Part shown: in pieces, positions 37,396 to 47,800 of the stretch | How positions within the stretch are numbered: the first letter of the stretch is position 1 | Layout: every line of letters starts with the position of its first letter | NCBI GenBank assembly: GCA_050250575.1 | Contig: JBFWOJ010000018.1 | Location: 5,816 to 69,815, forward strand | Direction of reading: 5' to 3' | Length of the DNA: 64,000 nt | Source of the DNA: Rhodospirillaceae bacterium | GTDB lineage: Bacteria > Pseudomonadota > Alphaproteobacteria > Rhodospirillales > Rhodospirillaceae | Made by a program: the position numbers and the translations under genes | Notes under the pieces: generated by a model | Databases searched by the model: none | What the model was told of the DNA's origin: nothing | The model's input: only the letters and a program-made list of their open reading frames with translations

Positions 37396-40300
37396 ATGTC
37401 GCGGCGTGCTTTCGTGGGCGGCGCTGGCGCGTCGGTAGTGCTGGGGCCTGAAGTTTTCGCCGCCGCGGCGCCGCCGGAGTTCGTCGATACCGGGACCGGT
37501 TTCAGACTCGAATATGACGGCCAAGGCTGGATCGTCGACCAGCGGCTGTTTGTTGGAAGCCCCAAAGCCCGCTTTAATAAGAAGAAACAGACGATGTCGC
37601 TGCGCAGCGCCACCTATCCGGGCACCTCGCTGCGTGCCGATTTCGATGCTGAACTCTTCGAGAGCGGCTCCGTCTGGATGATCAGGATTCTCTTTAAGAG
37701 CGCGCAGGCGCCGATCGAAGCACCGCTCTCCGAGTGGATGATCTCCGCGGTCCCACGGACGGGACTGGCGGCGAACATCAAGGAAATCCGCATCGGTCGG
37801 TCGGCCCTGCGAGTCCCGAAAACCGCGCCGCGGCCTGACTTCACGATACGTGGGGACTTCCGGGTGACGCTTCGCCAAGGGCAAGCGCTCGGTCCCGTGC
37901 GATTCGACACCGAAGGGCTGCTGGGTCTTCCGATCGCCGTCGAATCAGCCGCGTTCATGCCCTCTGCCGCGGACGATCCGCGCACTACGGTCACGCTCGA
38001 GGTTGCCGAGTGCGTTGGCTTGCGCGTCGGCGAGGTGGGCCGTGACGTGCGGATCACTGCCGACATGTGGGCGCCGTCGTTCAGGGTGCTCGCGAAGGGT
38101 AAGGGCTCTAAAGCTACTGCCAAGATTGATATTTGCGCCCCCGACGGCGTGATCGCCGTTCAGTCTCGCGGCGCGGGCCCGGCCGGCGCGCGCATCCAAT
38201 TGGAGAAGCCCCAGTTCACCGCTGACACCGATGCCTGCCGACGCGACGTGCAGATCGTCGGGGAGGTTGCGCGGCGCGCTTTCGGCTTAGAGACGTCCGG
38301 ATTCTCGGTGATGCTCCAGGGCAGTGGCGAGCGGGTCGACTATCGTTTCACCAACACACCGCTCGAGCGCATCACCTTCCGCTTGCCTTTGATCGGGGCG
38401 AGCGTGCCGATGTCCGACGCCGTCACCGCCGTCACCGCCGACATCATGTACCCGCCGACCAGCTGCGATATCGTCGTGCGCGATGACTTCGTCGAGCCGC
38501 GGGTGCGAGACGATTGCGCAACGTCCATCTGGATCGGCGAGTCGAGTCAGCTCGATCTTCCGCTCGAATCGGGCGACGTCCGCGTGCGGCGCAGCCTCGA
38601 CCTGTTCGATCTGCGCTTCAATTTCCTTCACTACGCCCTTCGTGTCCGGGGCGGCGAGACTCGCATCCGTCAGCGTTGGTCGCACCCGGTCGGCTGCCCA
38701 GTGCAGAAAGTGGGAGATCATGCCGCGCCGCGGATCATCGTTCGCTTCCCGCCCCAGAGTATCCTCGAAGAGGCGTTCAAGCCGCCCAGCGATACAGCAA
38801 CAACCACCAAGCCGGATCCGACAAACCATTGCTACGTGCCACATGAGCGGCATGAGGTCTCATCGGCGCTCGCAAAAACCCGCGTCGCCGGACCAACGCG
38901 GCTGGTGTTCGAAGACAAGTCGGCCGAAAGTGCATGGACCGACCGCCTCTTCACCGTCGATTTCCTCACCGAGTGGTCCGACCTTGCTTTCATTGTCAAC
39001 CGCCGTGCACTGAGCCGGAAGGCGACGCTCGAGGACCAACTCCGGCTGGTCGGGATCGACCCAAAGACCTCGCGCGAGGATGCGCGGGTGAAAATAATCC
39101 AGTCGATTGGCACGCCGGCGGCTGACGAATCCTCCATCGAGGCGGTTTACCGCATGCTGATGTCGCCCGACGCCCAGGCGAAGTGGAAAAGCCGGCGGCG
39201 CCTGGACCCGCAAAGCCCCGAAATTTGGCATACCGATCTCGCCAATCCCGACGAAACCGCGATGCGCGTCTTGTATGCGCGCGACATGGATCTCGGGTTT
39301 CTCACCGGCAATGGCGTATCGTCCCTGCCCTCACAACTGTGGGCCAGTTCCCTCAGCGCAGACGACCGCCGCCAGCTCGCGGCGCTCACATCATTCTATG
39401 GCTTGGCCGCGCTGCGCCGGCTGGTCCAAAACGCCAGCGCGGGCACCTGGGGCGATGATCCCAACGGCATGGTCTTCATGCCGCCGGGAAAGGACTTTTA
39501 CGAGTATCTGACGAAGCCGGATGGCACCGATGTGCCCCAGGAAGCGGTGATGATGCCGAAACCGTTTTCCCGCGCCCGCCTCAGCCTGTCGCGCTCAGCG
39601 ACCCTTGACGCCGCGTGGCATGGCGAGCCGGCGGCGGGTTACGACAACGGCCTCCGGCCTCCATTCTTCAAGCCCTCGTTCACGATCGAGCGTTATCTCC
39701 ATCGATTGCGGGAGGGCCGCGATGTCTTTGTCGAAGTCACCTACAAGGGCTTCCTCTTGCCGCTGGGTCATCGCGCCGCGCTGCTCAAGGTGACGCAACG
39801 CGAGATTCATCCGGCCGCGAACACGGACAAGACCGATCCCGTCGGCTACCTGATCCAGCACTACTACATCGTCTGCCGCAAACCGCTGAAGCATTACCCC
39901 GCCTACAATCAGCCGTTCCGCACACACGAGTTCTCGCCGAAGTCGATCGAGCTCTTGACCACGCAAACGCCCGATCTGGACGACCCGCGCTGGCCGGAAG
40001 GGGCGTTCGCGGATCCAAACCCAGCGGAATACAAGAAGGATGTGTGCCGCCCGCCTCCCGGTCCTGGTGGAGTGGTGGGCGTGTTCTGGCCCGTCCTGCT
40101 CCACGTCCCAGGTCACACGGGGACGGATCAGAAGGGCCGCGAGGTGATTTTCGAATACAAGGTCGATGGCGCCGATACCCCAGCGCGCTCGCCGCTGCTC
40201 TTTGTCGACAACGCCGCAGCGCACGACCCGGACGTCATGAAAATGGTCGTCCAGTATTATAACGACAAGATCATCACTTCGCCCGATTTCTCGCTTTTGC

Positions 40301-43300
40301 GGCCGCTCGCTTATCCCGATACCTTGCGCATCATGGACCATCAGGGTGTGCCGCGCCGGTATGCCGCCGAGACTAAGGCCGGTGAGTGTACCTTCGAGAC
40401 CACGTCCTGGCTCATGAGTGTGCGCGGCCGCGTCCTGCCCGAACGCGGCACGGCCACCGGCGGCGGTCCTGTTCCTGTGCACGAGGTCGAAGACTTCCGC
40501 ATGGACGCCTTCATGGAAGGCAAGGATCAGCCGCCATTCTACCCGGTGATGAGCAAGGCCGCGGTCTCGATCGAGCCGATCAATCGTCTTATCGGCGACC
40601 GCCAGAAGATGATCGAGGTCGCCTTCAACCCCACCTACGTGCGCGAGGGGTTTGATCCCGGGCGCAATCCCTCGGAGATCTATCTTGATCTGCTCGCACC
40701 CATCATCCATCTCGATGTCGCCGCGAATGGCCGGTCGACCGGCGGCGTCGCCAAGCCGAACATCGCCCTCGCGGCGTTGTCGCGGCGCAACGGTCCCATG
40801 GGCGGCCGTGCCGGGCCGCCGCGTCCGAACCCGCAAAACCGTTCGCTGCCTTTGGCGCGCAATGTGACGTCGCGCAAGCAGCTCGTCCTGGGCGGGAACC
40901 ATACGCGCAGCGCATCCGTCCAAAGCGCCATGGCGGGATCCTTCGACCCGATGGAAGCCTTCGGGAGCGCACTCAACGAGGCGAAGCTACTTGGTATCAT
41001 CCCCCTCAAAGACATTCTGAAAGTGGTTGCCGTCGGCCTCGCGCCGAAGCTCAAGGAAAAAACTCAATATCTCACCGGCTTGGCCGACGACACAGAGGCG
41101 GCATTTGCAAAGGGGCTGAAGGCCGCTGGTCAGGCCGTGCGGGATTTCGTTCAGGCCGAAATGACGCAACTTGACGACGGCCTTCGCAAGATGGCTGGTG
41201 GCCAATCCAGTGCCGCCGAGATGTATCCGGAGCTGTGGACCAGCTTCAAAGCTGTGGTCGCCGCAGCCCATACGGCAGCGGATTTGAAGGAGAATCCACC
41301 GCCGTCATTCGTCGAACTTTTCGCACTTGCCGACAACATCAATGCCGCCGTTCGGGACGCCATTGCCGAGGTGCGCAAATTTGCCGAAGACCCGATGCCC
41401 GGCAACCTCGCCGACGCGGTCCAACAGATCCAAGTCATCTGGAAGTCGCTTCGCGATGTGACCAGCGACCCGTTTGCGGCGTTCCGCACCTACTTCGAGA
41501 ACTTCCTCGGTAAGCAAGGTGTGCTCACAACGGTCTGCGATTTTGCCATAACGGCCGGCCTGTTCGAGCAGATCTTCGGTCCGGCGGAGGTCGAGGGCGG
41601 TCCCGGCGGTATCGACTATTTCCTCGAACTGGCGCCGGTCGATACCTCCGTTTCGCCCAACGCGGCTGCCGCCAGACACGAGCAATGGCATGCCGCCTGC
41701 CGCCGGTTCTTGCGCAATCCGAAGGACGTGATGCCGCGTCTCGAGCGCGCGGTGTTCTATCCCACGATTGGCGGTCCGCTGGCCCGGGCGGTCGAAACTC
41801 TGAAAGCGCTGAAGGCCGATGCTGACAAGCAGGTCTCGGTCTCGCGCCGTCAGCTCGCCGAAAAGATCGTCACGGTCCTGCGCCAGGGCGAAGCAGCAGT
41901 CGAGGCGGAAGCCTTGGCGTTTGCTGGCGCCGCCGTCTCCGAGCTCATCGATGCCATGCTCCTCGGTGCGACGAGCGAGAGTCCGCCAAATGTCGAGGCG
42001 GTAGTGAAAGCCATCAAGGGCGATCTCGGAAAGATCGTCGAAAAGCTGAAGACCGACCTTGCTGCAGCGACCACTAAGGCGGCGGAACGGGAGGCTGAAT
42101 ATCGCAATGCGGCGGATGCGGCGCTGGCCGGCACCGATGCCAACATGTATGAGCTCTATTACAAGGAGGTCGCGAAGGCCAACGTTCAGGCGCTCCGGAT
42201 CGAGGCCTTCACCCGGCTCCTCAACCTTATGGCGAAGCCGGATAATCTCGAAAAAATATCGACAGAACTCGAAAGAGCCTTGCGCGCGCTTGTGGATCAG
42301 GCCGTACGCGATGCCCAAGCCGCCGCGGTTGCCTTTGCGAAAACGCAGGCCGAAGGCTTTGCCAAGCGTATCACCGCCGTCGGCCAGGCGCTGGTCGAAC
42401 ACGCGAGCGCCTCCGGTTTCCTCGCCGAGACTGCCGATCTCATCAATCAACTTGCCGGCGGGTGCGAAGCCTTCTCGGCAAAGCTTCTCGCTTTCGCGGC
42501 GTGGATCACCGGCGGCGCAGTACGCGATCTTCAGGCCGCCGGTCAGGCCGTGCTACGCATCGACCAGAAATTCACCGAATTCGCGTTGACGGTTGAAGGT
42601 CTAACGCAAGTGCCCGAGGGTGTTCGCGCCGGCCTGTCGCAGGCTGTTTCCGCAGCCATGACGCCGGTTCAGCGCCTCGGCGCGGTGTACGAAAAACTTG
42701 TTCGCGCCCATCAGGCGGTCGTCAATCATAAGCCGGCGAACGTCTGTATAGACGCCGCCGCTTTCCTTGGCCCCACCGCGCAGGCGCTCGAGCTTCGGCG
42801 CGCGCTTCTCGACACCACGGCGGCTGCGGTCGCGGCGCTCGCCGATATCCGCAGGGTGATCGCGCAGTCGCCGCAGTTGGCGACCGCAATCGTCAATGCG
42901 GCGGTGCTGGACCTCGCAAGTGAGCTGATTCAACTCCTCGACGACGTTTCTATCGTTCGCAGGCTTGCCGCGACCCTTACGCCGCCGGCGCTGGCGGAAG
43001 CCGCCGCGCCGTTCAACACTATCGTCACGGAGTTCGACCTCAACACCAACTTCGCGGAAGAGCTTCGCGTCATGCGCGAGGAAGCGGCGCGGCTGACGGA
43101 CGATCTTGACAGTTTGAAAAAGAACGTTGCGGCGGACGTCGCCAATATTGTCCTGGCGACCGACCACATGCGCCGATTGACCGACTTTGCTGCCAAGCAG
43201 GAGAAGCGCCTGGCCGCGGTCATCCTGCAAGCCTCTCTTGCCGCGGACGGGCTTGTCACCGAAGCAAAGAATAGGGCCGCCGATACGCTGCTGGCGATGG

Positions 43301-44814
43301 GCGCCGCGCTCACGCGCATTCACGACGATGCTATCAAGGTGGTGACTACGCTGCGCGACGGGATCGACAAGTTGCCGGCCTTGCAGCTCGTCCTGTCGCC
43401 GAAGGTCAAAGTTGGGCTGAACGCGACCCTGGACGCGCTGACGGTGGATCGCGGCTTGGTGGATGGCCTCACCGCGGATGGCAAAGCCAAGAATTTCGGC
43501 CGCGCGCGGGATCTCATGCGCGCCTGGCGCCAGGGCCCGCCCGCCCTGGTCACCGCTCTCGCGTTCGTCGAATCCATCGTCAACGCTGTCGCCACCGGCA
43601 ACATCCGCGCACTGATCGATGTCGATGCAATCGAAAGGCAACTGCGCGCGGAGATAGAGAAGCTTATCCCCGCGAAGATTTCGCTCACCTATGACTTCGA
43701 CGCGGAGCTTCCGGGCTATCCCAGCGGTAACGAGGTGTTCGCCATCTCCGACCGCACGAGTAGCCCCGACGGTAGCGGCCCGCTGATCAACGACCTTGTA
43801 ATCAACACCAGGATTGAGATCGACGTCATCAAACAGACACGCACGGTCTCCGCCGAAGGCCGGATACGTCCTTTCAAAGTTCATCTTCTTGGCAACTCGC
43901 CCGATCTCGTCACCATCCTGTTCAAGGGGGCCCACTTCACCGCTGCCCCCGGGAAGAACCCGGATTTTGTTGCCGACATCGAGCGGGTCGAGATCGGAAA
44001 GGCGCTCAGTTTCCTGTCTGCTTTGGCTAGCCTTACCTCTGGGGGCGGGGGCAACAAGGCAGCGAACGGATTTTATTACGAATATCGTCTGCTGCCCCCC
44101 GAGGTCGAAGTCGGATACCGTTTCAATAAGCCCTATCTCGTGCTCGGCGCGCTGGTTTTCCAGAACATTGGCTTTGCGGTTTCGGCGCACCTTCCGTTTG
44201 ACAACCGCAACGCCGAGTTTCGTGTCTCATTCGCGACCCGCGAACGGCCTCTGCTGATTTCATGTGGCGTATGGGGAGGTGGCGGCTTCGTGGGCATCCG
44301 CGCCGACGCTCGGGGCGTCCTGGCGTTTGAAATTCAGCTCGAATATGGCGCCGTTGTAGGTGTCTCGTTCGGCCCCCTCGATGGTTCAGGAAGGTGCTGT
44401 GCAGGCTTGTATATGCTGTCTTACAAGGGTGGCGGCCGCCGCTTCGAAGGGTTTGTCAACGCCGTTGGTGAAGGGCACGTCGCCTGCTTCGGCGCTTCCT
44501 TTCTGCTCGAAGTGCGGACGGTACAGACCGAACGCAGCTCAATGCAAGGTTCATCCACCTACGGCTTTAGTTTTGATCTCGGCTTGACCTCTTACTCCTA
44601 CAGCGTCACCGCGCAATACGAGACCCAGGGGGGCGGCAACGGCGCCAGAAAGATGAGGCCGCAGGGGATTGCGCGGGATTCGTCACGCGCGGCCGCCGCG
44701 TCTGGAGGAAAAATCCCCTCCGCTAGTGGACCTGTCATCCGCAACAATCTGCCGAGCAAACACCACGATTGGCGCGCCTATGCCACGCGCGTGCGCATCC
44801 ATCGGAAAGCATGA
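37396..44814 (+). CDS. Giant protein of unknown function (~2472 aa); Tat-like N-terminus, beta-rich N-terminal half, ~900-aa Ala-rich helical region, beta-rich C-terminal domain
   Basis: The ORF is uninterrupted for 7.4 kb, with GC-rich third codon positions like the host genes. The start is chosen at MSRRAFVGGAGASVV, and the ORF opens at 37324. No family was recognised. Confidence 0.8.
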   Translation: MSRRAFVGGAGASVVLGPEVFAAAAPPEFVDTGTGFRLEYDGQGWIVDQRLFVGSPKARFNKKKQTMSLRSATYPGTSLRADFDAELFESGSVWMIRILFKSAQAPIEAPLSEWMISAVPRTGLAANIKEIRIGRSALRVPKTAPRPDFTIRGDFRVTLRQGQALGPVRFDTEGLLGLPIAVESAAFMPSAADDPRTTVTLEVAECVGLRVGEVGRDVRITADMWAPSFRVLAKGKGSKATAKIDICAPDGVIAVQSRGAGPAGARIQLEKPQFTADTDACRRDVQIVGEVARRAFGLETSGFSVMLQGSGERVDYRFTNTPLERITFRLPLIGASVPMSDAVTAVTADIMYPPTSCDIVVRDDFVEPRVRDDCATSIWIGESSQLDLPLESGDVRVRRSLDLFDLRFNFLHYALRVRGGETRIRQRWSHPVGCPVQKVGDHAAPRIIVRFPPQSILEEAFKPPSDTATTTKPDPTNHCYVPHERHEVSSALAKTRVAGPTRLVFEDKSAESAWTDRLFTVDFLTEWSDLAFIVNRRALSRKATLEDQLRLVGIDPKTSREDARVKIIQSIGTPAADESSIEAVYRMLMSPDAQAKWKSRRRLDPQSPEIWHTDLANPDETAMRVLYARDMDLGFLTGNGVSSLPSQLWASSLSADDRRQLAALTSFYGLAALRRLVQNASAGTWGDDPNGMVFMPPGKDFYEYLTKPDGTDVPQEAVMMPKPFSRARLSLSRSATLDAAWHGEPAAGYDNGLRPPFFKPSFTIERYLHRLREGRDVFVEVTYKGFLLPLGHRAALLKVTQREIHPAANTDKTDPVGYLIQHYYIVCRKPLKHYPAYNQPFRTHEFSPKSIELLTTQTPDLDDPRWPEGAFADPNPAEYKKDVCRPPPGPGGVVGVFWPVLLHVPGHTGTDQKGREVIFEYKVDGADTPARSPLLFVDNAAAHDPDVMKMVVQYYNDKIITSPDFSLLRPLAYPDTLRIMDHQGVPRRYAAETKAGECTFETTSWLMSVRGRVLPERGTATGGGPVPVHEVEDFRMDAFMEGKDQPPFYPVMSKAAVSIEPINRLIGDRQKMIEVAFNPTYVREGFDPGRNPSEIYLDLLAPIIHLDVAANGRSTGGVAKPNIALAALSRRNGPMGGRAGPPRPNPQNRSLPLARNVTSRKQLVLGGNHTRSASVQSAMAGSFDPMEAFGSALNEAKLLGIIPLKDILKVVAVGLAPKLKEKTQYLTGLADDTEAAFAKGLKAAGQAVRDFVQAEMTQLDDGLRKMAGGQSSAAEMYPELWTSFKAVVAAAHTAADLKENPPPSFVELFALADNINAAVRDAIAEVRKFAEDPMPGNLADAVQQIQVIWKSLRDVTSDPFAAFRTYFENFLGKQGVLTTVCDFAITAGLFEQIFGPAEVEGGPGGIDYFLELAPVDTSVSPNAAAARHEQWHAACRRFLRNPKDVMPRLERAVFYPTIGGPLARAVETLKALKADADKQVSVSRRQLAEKIVTVLRQGEAAVEAEALAFAGAAVSELIDAMLLGATSESPPNVEAVVKAIKGDLGKIVEKLKTDLAAATTKAAEREAEYRNAADAALAGTDANMYELYYKEVAKANVQALRIEAFTRLLNLMAKPDNLEKISTELERALRALVDQAVRDAQAAAVAFAKTQAEGFAKRITAVGQALVEHASASGFLAETADLINQLAGGCEAFSAKLLAFAAWITGGAVRDLQAAGQAVLRIDQKFTEFALTVEGLTQVPEGVRAGLSQAVSAAMTPVQRLGAVYEKLVRAHQAVVNHKPANVCIDAAAFLGPTAQALELRRALLDTTAAAVAALADIRRVIAQSPQLATAIVNAAVLDLASELIQLLDDVSIVRRLAATLTPPALAEAAAPFNTIVTEFDLNTNFAEELRVMREEAARLTDDLDSLKKNVAADVANIVLATDHMRRLTDFAAKQEKRLAAVILQASLAADGLVTEAKNRAADTLLAMGAALTRIHDDAIKVVTTLRDGIDKLPALQLVLSPKVKVGLNATLDALTVDRGLVDGLTADGKAKNFGRARDLMRAWRQGPPALVTALAFVESIVNAVATGNIRALIDVDAIERQLRAEIEKLIPAKISLTYDFDAELPGYPSGNEVFAISDRTSSPDGSGPLINDLVINTRIEIDVIKQTRTVSAEGRIRPFKVHLLGNSPDLVTILFKGAHFTAAPGKNPDFVADIERVEIGKALSFLSALASLTSGGGGNKAANGFYYEYRLLPPEVEVGYRFNKPYLVLGALVFQNIGFAVSAHLPFDNRNAEFRVSFATRERPLLISCGVWGGGGFVGIRADARGVLAFEIQLEYGAVVGVSFGPLDGSGRCCAGLYMLSYKGGGRRFEGFVNAVGEGHVACFGASFLLEVRTVQTERSSMQGSSTYGFSFDLGLTSYSYSVTAQYETQGGGNGARKMRPQGIARDSSRAAAASGGKIPSASGPVIRNNLPSKHHDWRAYATRVRIHRKA

Positions 44815-44815
44815 C

Positions 44816-47800
44816 ATGCCCCTAGCAACAAATCTTTTCTGTCTACCGCTCGCCGACGGCATGAAGTCGGACGGCACCCTTCGCATCAGCATCATGGTGA
44901 TGCCTGAGCCGTCGGCGTCCGGAGCATTCCACATGGACAACGAGGCATTGCCGAGCGCCGTCCGCACGGCGGGTACTCCTACAATTTATGTCTTCGACCG
45001 CAATGGCGACCGTATGCCAGTGAAAGGCGTCGTCATTCACGACAACTGGCCGCACAATACCGTCGAAAAAGCCGATGCTCTGTGGCTTAGGCTCTTCCCT
45101 AAAGCCAAGGCTCAGGATCTCTGGGACACGCTTGTGGGGACTGCGTCGGCCGGCGCGCACATTTTAAATCGCAATGACGCAGCCGCGCGCGGCTTTGTCC
45201 TCGCAGGAAAACACGCGGTTTCCGTCCGCGGCGGCCGGCACTATGACCACGCCGGTATCAGTCGGGATCTCGAAGAGGTCAGGGTGGCCGATAGCGCCTG
45301 GCGTCTCGGCGTCGTCGCGGCGGCGTGCCATCTTCAGGAATTGCAGACTCAAAAAGGCGCCAACCAAGATACGCTCAACGGACTAACGTCGTTGCCGGCC
45401 GTTGCCTCCGCGGCTGCTGCGCCGTTCCGCGATGTCGGCCTGATCTTCCGCCGCGCCATTGCGCCGCTGTTCGAGTTCGCGGAACGCCGGTTCGACTCCA
45501 TGGCGCGGGTCGCGCACTTCGTTGCGCCGAGTGTGGAAGATGCGTCGCGCACGTTGTTGTTTGCCGATCTGGACAAGGCGTCCAAGGCCGCGATCAATGT
45601 TGACCGAACCTCACGGCGCCTCGAGGCCGACTACCCCGCGCTTTTCGGCAGCCTGCAGCGAACGCTGGCGGAGACGAAACGACCGAACGTCCTGACATCA
45701 TTGTCGCTTACGCCGAACAGTCTTAAGGCGGCGACACCTCATTTTGCCAAAAAGCTGCTGGCCCACGGCGAGGCAAATCCGATCGAGCAGAAGCAGTCGC
45801 ACGAGCGCGATGTCAAGGTTACCGACAAATATGAGCAGGTCCGCCGTAAGCTGGCCGGGATACGCTCGTTTCCCACGGTCGCCAAGTTTCTCGGCATGAT
45901 TGTCGATGTTGAGATATCGGCCGCGGACGCGGCAAGTTTCCCCGCCAGCGGATTCATCGGCGCCACGTTCGGTACCACCCGGCCGCCCGATATGGGTTCC
46001 GCGCGCGAACTTACAGCCTTCGCTCTCGATCGCGCGCAAGGAATGTTTTACGTCCGCGAAAATCCGCGGTCGGCCGAAGACGGAAATCCCCTGTTGAATT
46101 TCTATAGCAATGACTATCCGTTGCAACGCGGTCTGGCGGTTGGATCGCAATTCACCGTCGGTTCCGACGATCCGGTGATGCATCTTTATTCAACCGCGCA
46201 GCAGATGATGTCCGAGAGCGAGGCCCTTGCCAACGGCGCCCTGCCGCAGAGTCTGTCTTCGAAGCTTCCCGAGGTGCAGAACCGCGGGCTCCATGTGCTT
46301 TATCGCGAGGCCTTCTTTCAGTCGAGCGCCTTCGCCCAGCGCGCGGTCGAGAACGTCATTCGTCGCACGAAAGGCGAGACGATTTATCACTATGCCGAGG
46401 ATCTCATCATTGGCGTGAGGCCCGACGTTCGGCGCACGCGTACGCCCGCCGCGCCAGCTCGCTCCGAGGCAGCGAGTGCCACGCCAGTGGCCGACGAGTT
46501 CCTGCCGCTGATGATCCGTACCTTGTCGTTTCACGACATCCGCAGCGCTTATGGGCGCAATCCCGACGTGGATGACGGCTGGCATCCCTATCCCGAGTTC
46601 CAGGATCGCGATCACGGCGTCGCTCGCGCGCTTCCGAAGCTGGTTCCCAACGGAACTGACAAACAGCTTTCGCCGGCGCAGACCGTCCTCACCTGGATGG
46701 GTGATCCTCTGGGCGTGCCGGCACCGCAGATCGATAAGGACGGAAACGAAATATACGAAGTGCCTGCCTCTGCCGACGACTTCGATCTCGGCCACACCTA
46801 CGACGTCCCGATCAGTCTGCTGCCCCCGCCGGTTCTGCGGGTCGGCGACTCATACGAGTTTGGCATGCGCGCCGTCATGCCCCACGGCGGCGACATCGGG
46901 TTCGACAAGGCGGTCGATCTCTATGATAAGACGGCGCAGGCGCCTTTTGCAGGGGAAGGCTTTGCGACGGCAGCGTTCCCCTTCCTTTATCAGGGCGACC
47001 TGAAGTCCCCTATCGTCCTTCTGCCGCACAACGATCCCTTCCTCAATCCCGCGATCAAAGCGCCGCCGCTGGCGCGTGACGACCGCATCGTGCTGCGCAG
47101 CGGATCATCGGGCCAAACGAACTACATTCGGCGCATCCTTGTTCCGCCCAAGGTCAATCCGGATGTCGCCGAGCAATTCGGTCTTTTTGATCCGTACACA
47201 GACACAGACGATGTTAGCCCGCCCAGCGCCTTTCTTGCTTATCAGCGGGTCGAGGGGACCGGCGCGTTTCCCGACGTCGCAAATCACGCGATCCAAACCA
47301 ATGTAAATCGCAGCCCCGTCGCCGGTGGCGTGCTTGCCGTGGCCAAGCCGACCAAAGCGGAAATACCCGCCTATTACCCGCATCCTTTGTCGCGCACCGC
47401 GATGATGCTGTTCGAACGCAATCTTCGCGTTCCGACGCCCTACACCGACCAACCGGTCGAGATGAGTTTCTGGAACGCGGACGAGACACCTTTCAACGCG
47501 CGCCCGGTGGTTCTGGACTTTTACGCCAACAAAGATGTCAAGGGCGCGGAGGTACAGGCCGGCTTTTCCACAACTCTTGGGGGCAAGGGGACGCCGCCGG
47601 TCACCGCTCACGTCATCAATGTTGCGCCGGCCGAATTTGCGACTCTCTGGTACTGGGTACCGGACGCCAACGAAACCATAACGAAACGCGCGCGCACGCG
47701 CGCGATCGTCAGTCGGCTTGGCAAGGTGTTGGCTTCGAGCGCACACACAATCGCTTTAGCTAAGAATCTTGGCTTCGATTCCGAGGGCGACGCCGACGAT

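Noticed and set aside
39595-44190. Long minus-strand ORFs (442, 381 and 529 aa) inside giant gene 1, and a similar one (316 aa) inside giant gene 2.
   Set aside because: They are much shorter than the sense ORFs. They are Arg/Gly/Asp-rich with no motifs. Antisense open frames are expected in GC-rich coding DNA.
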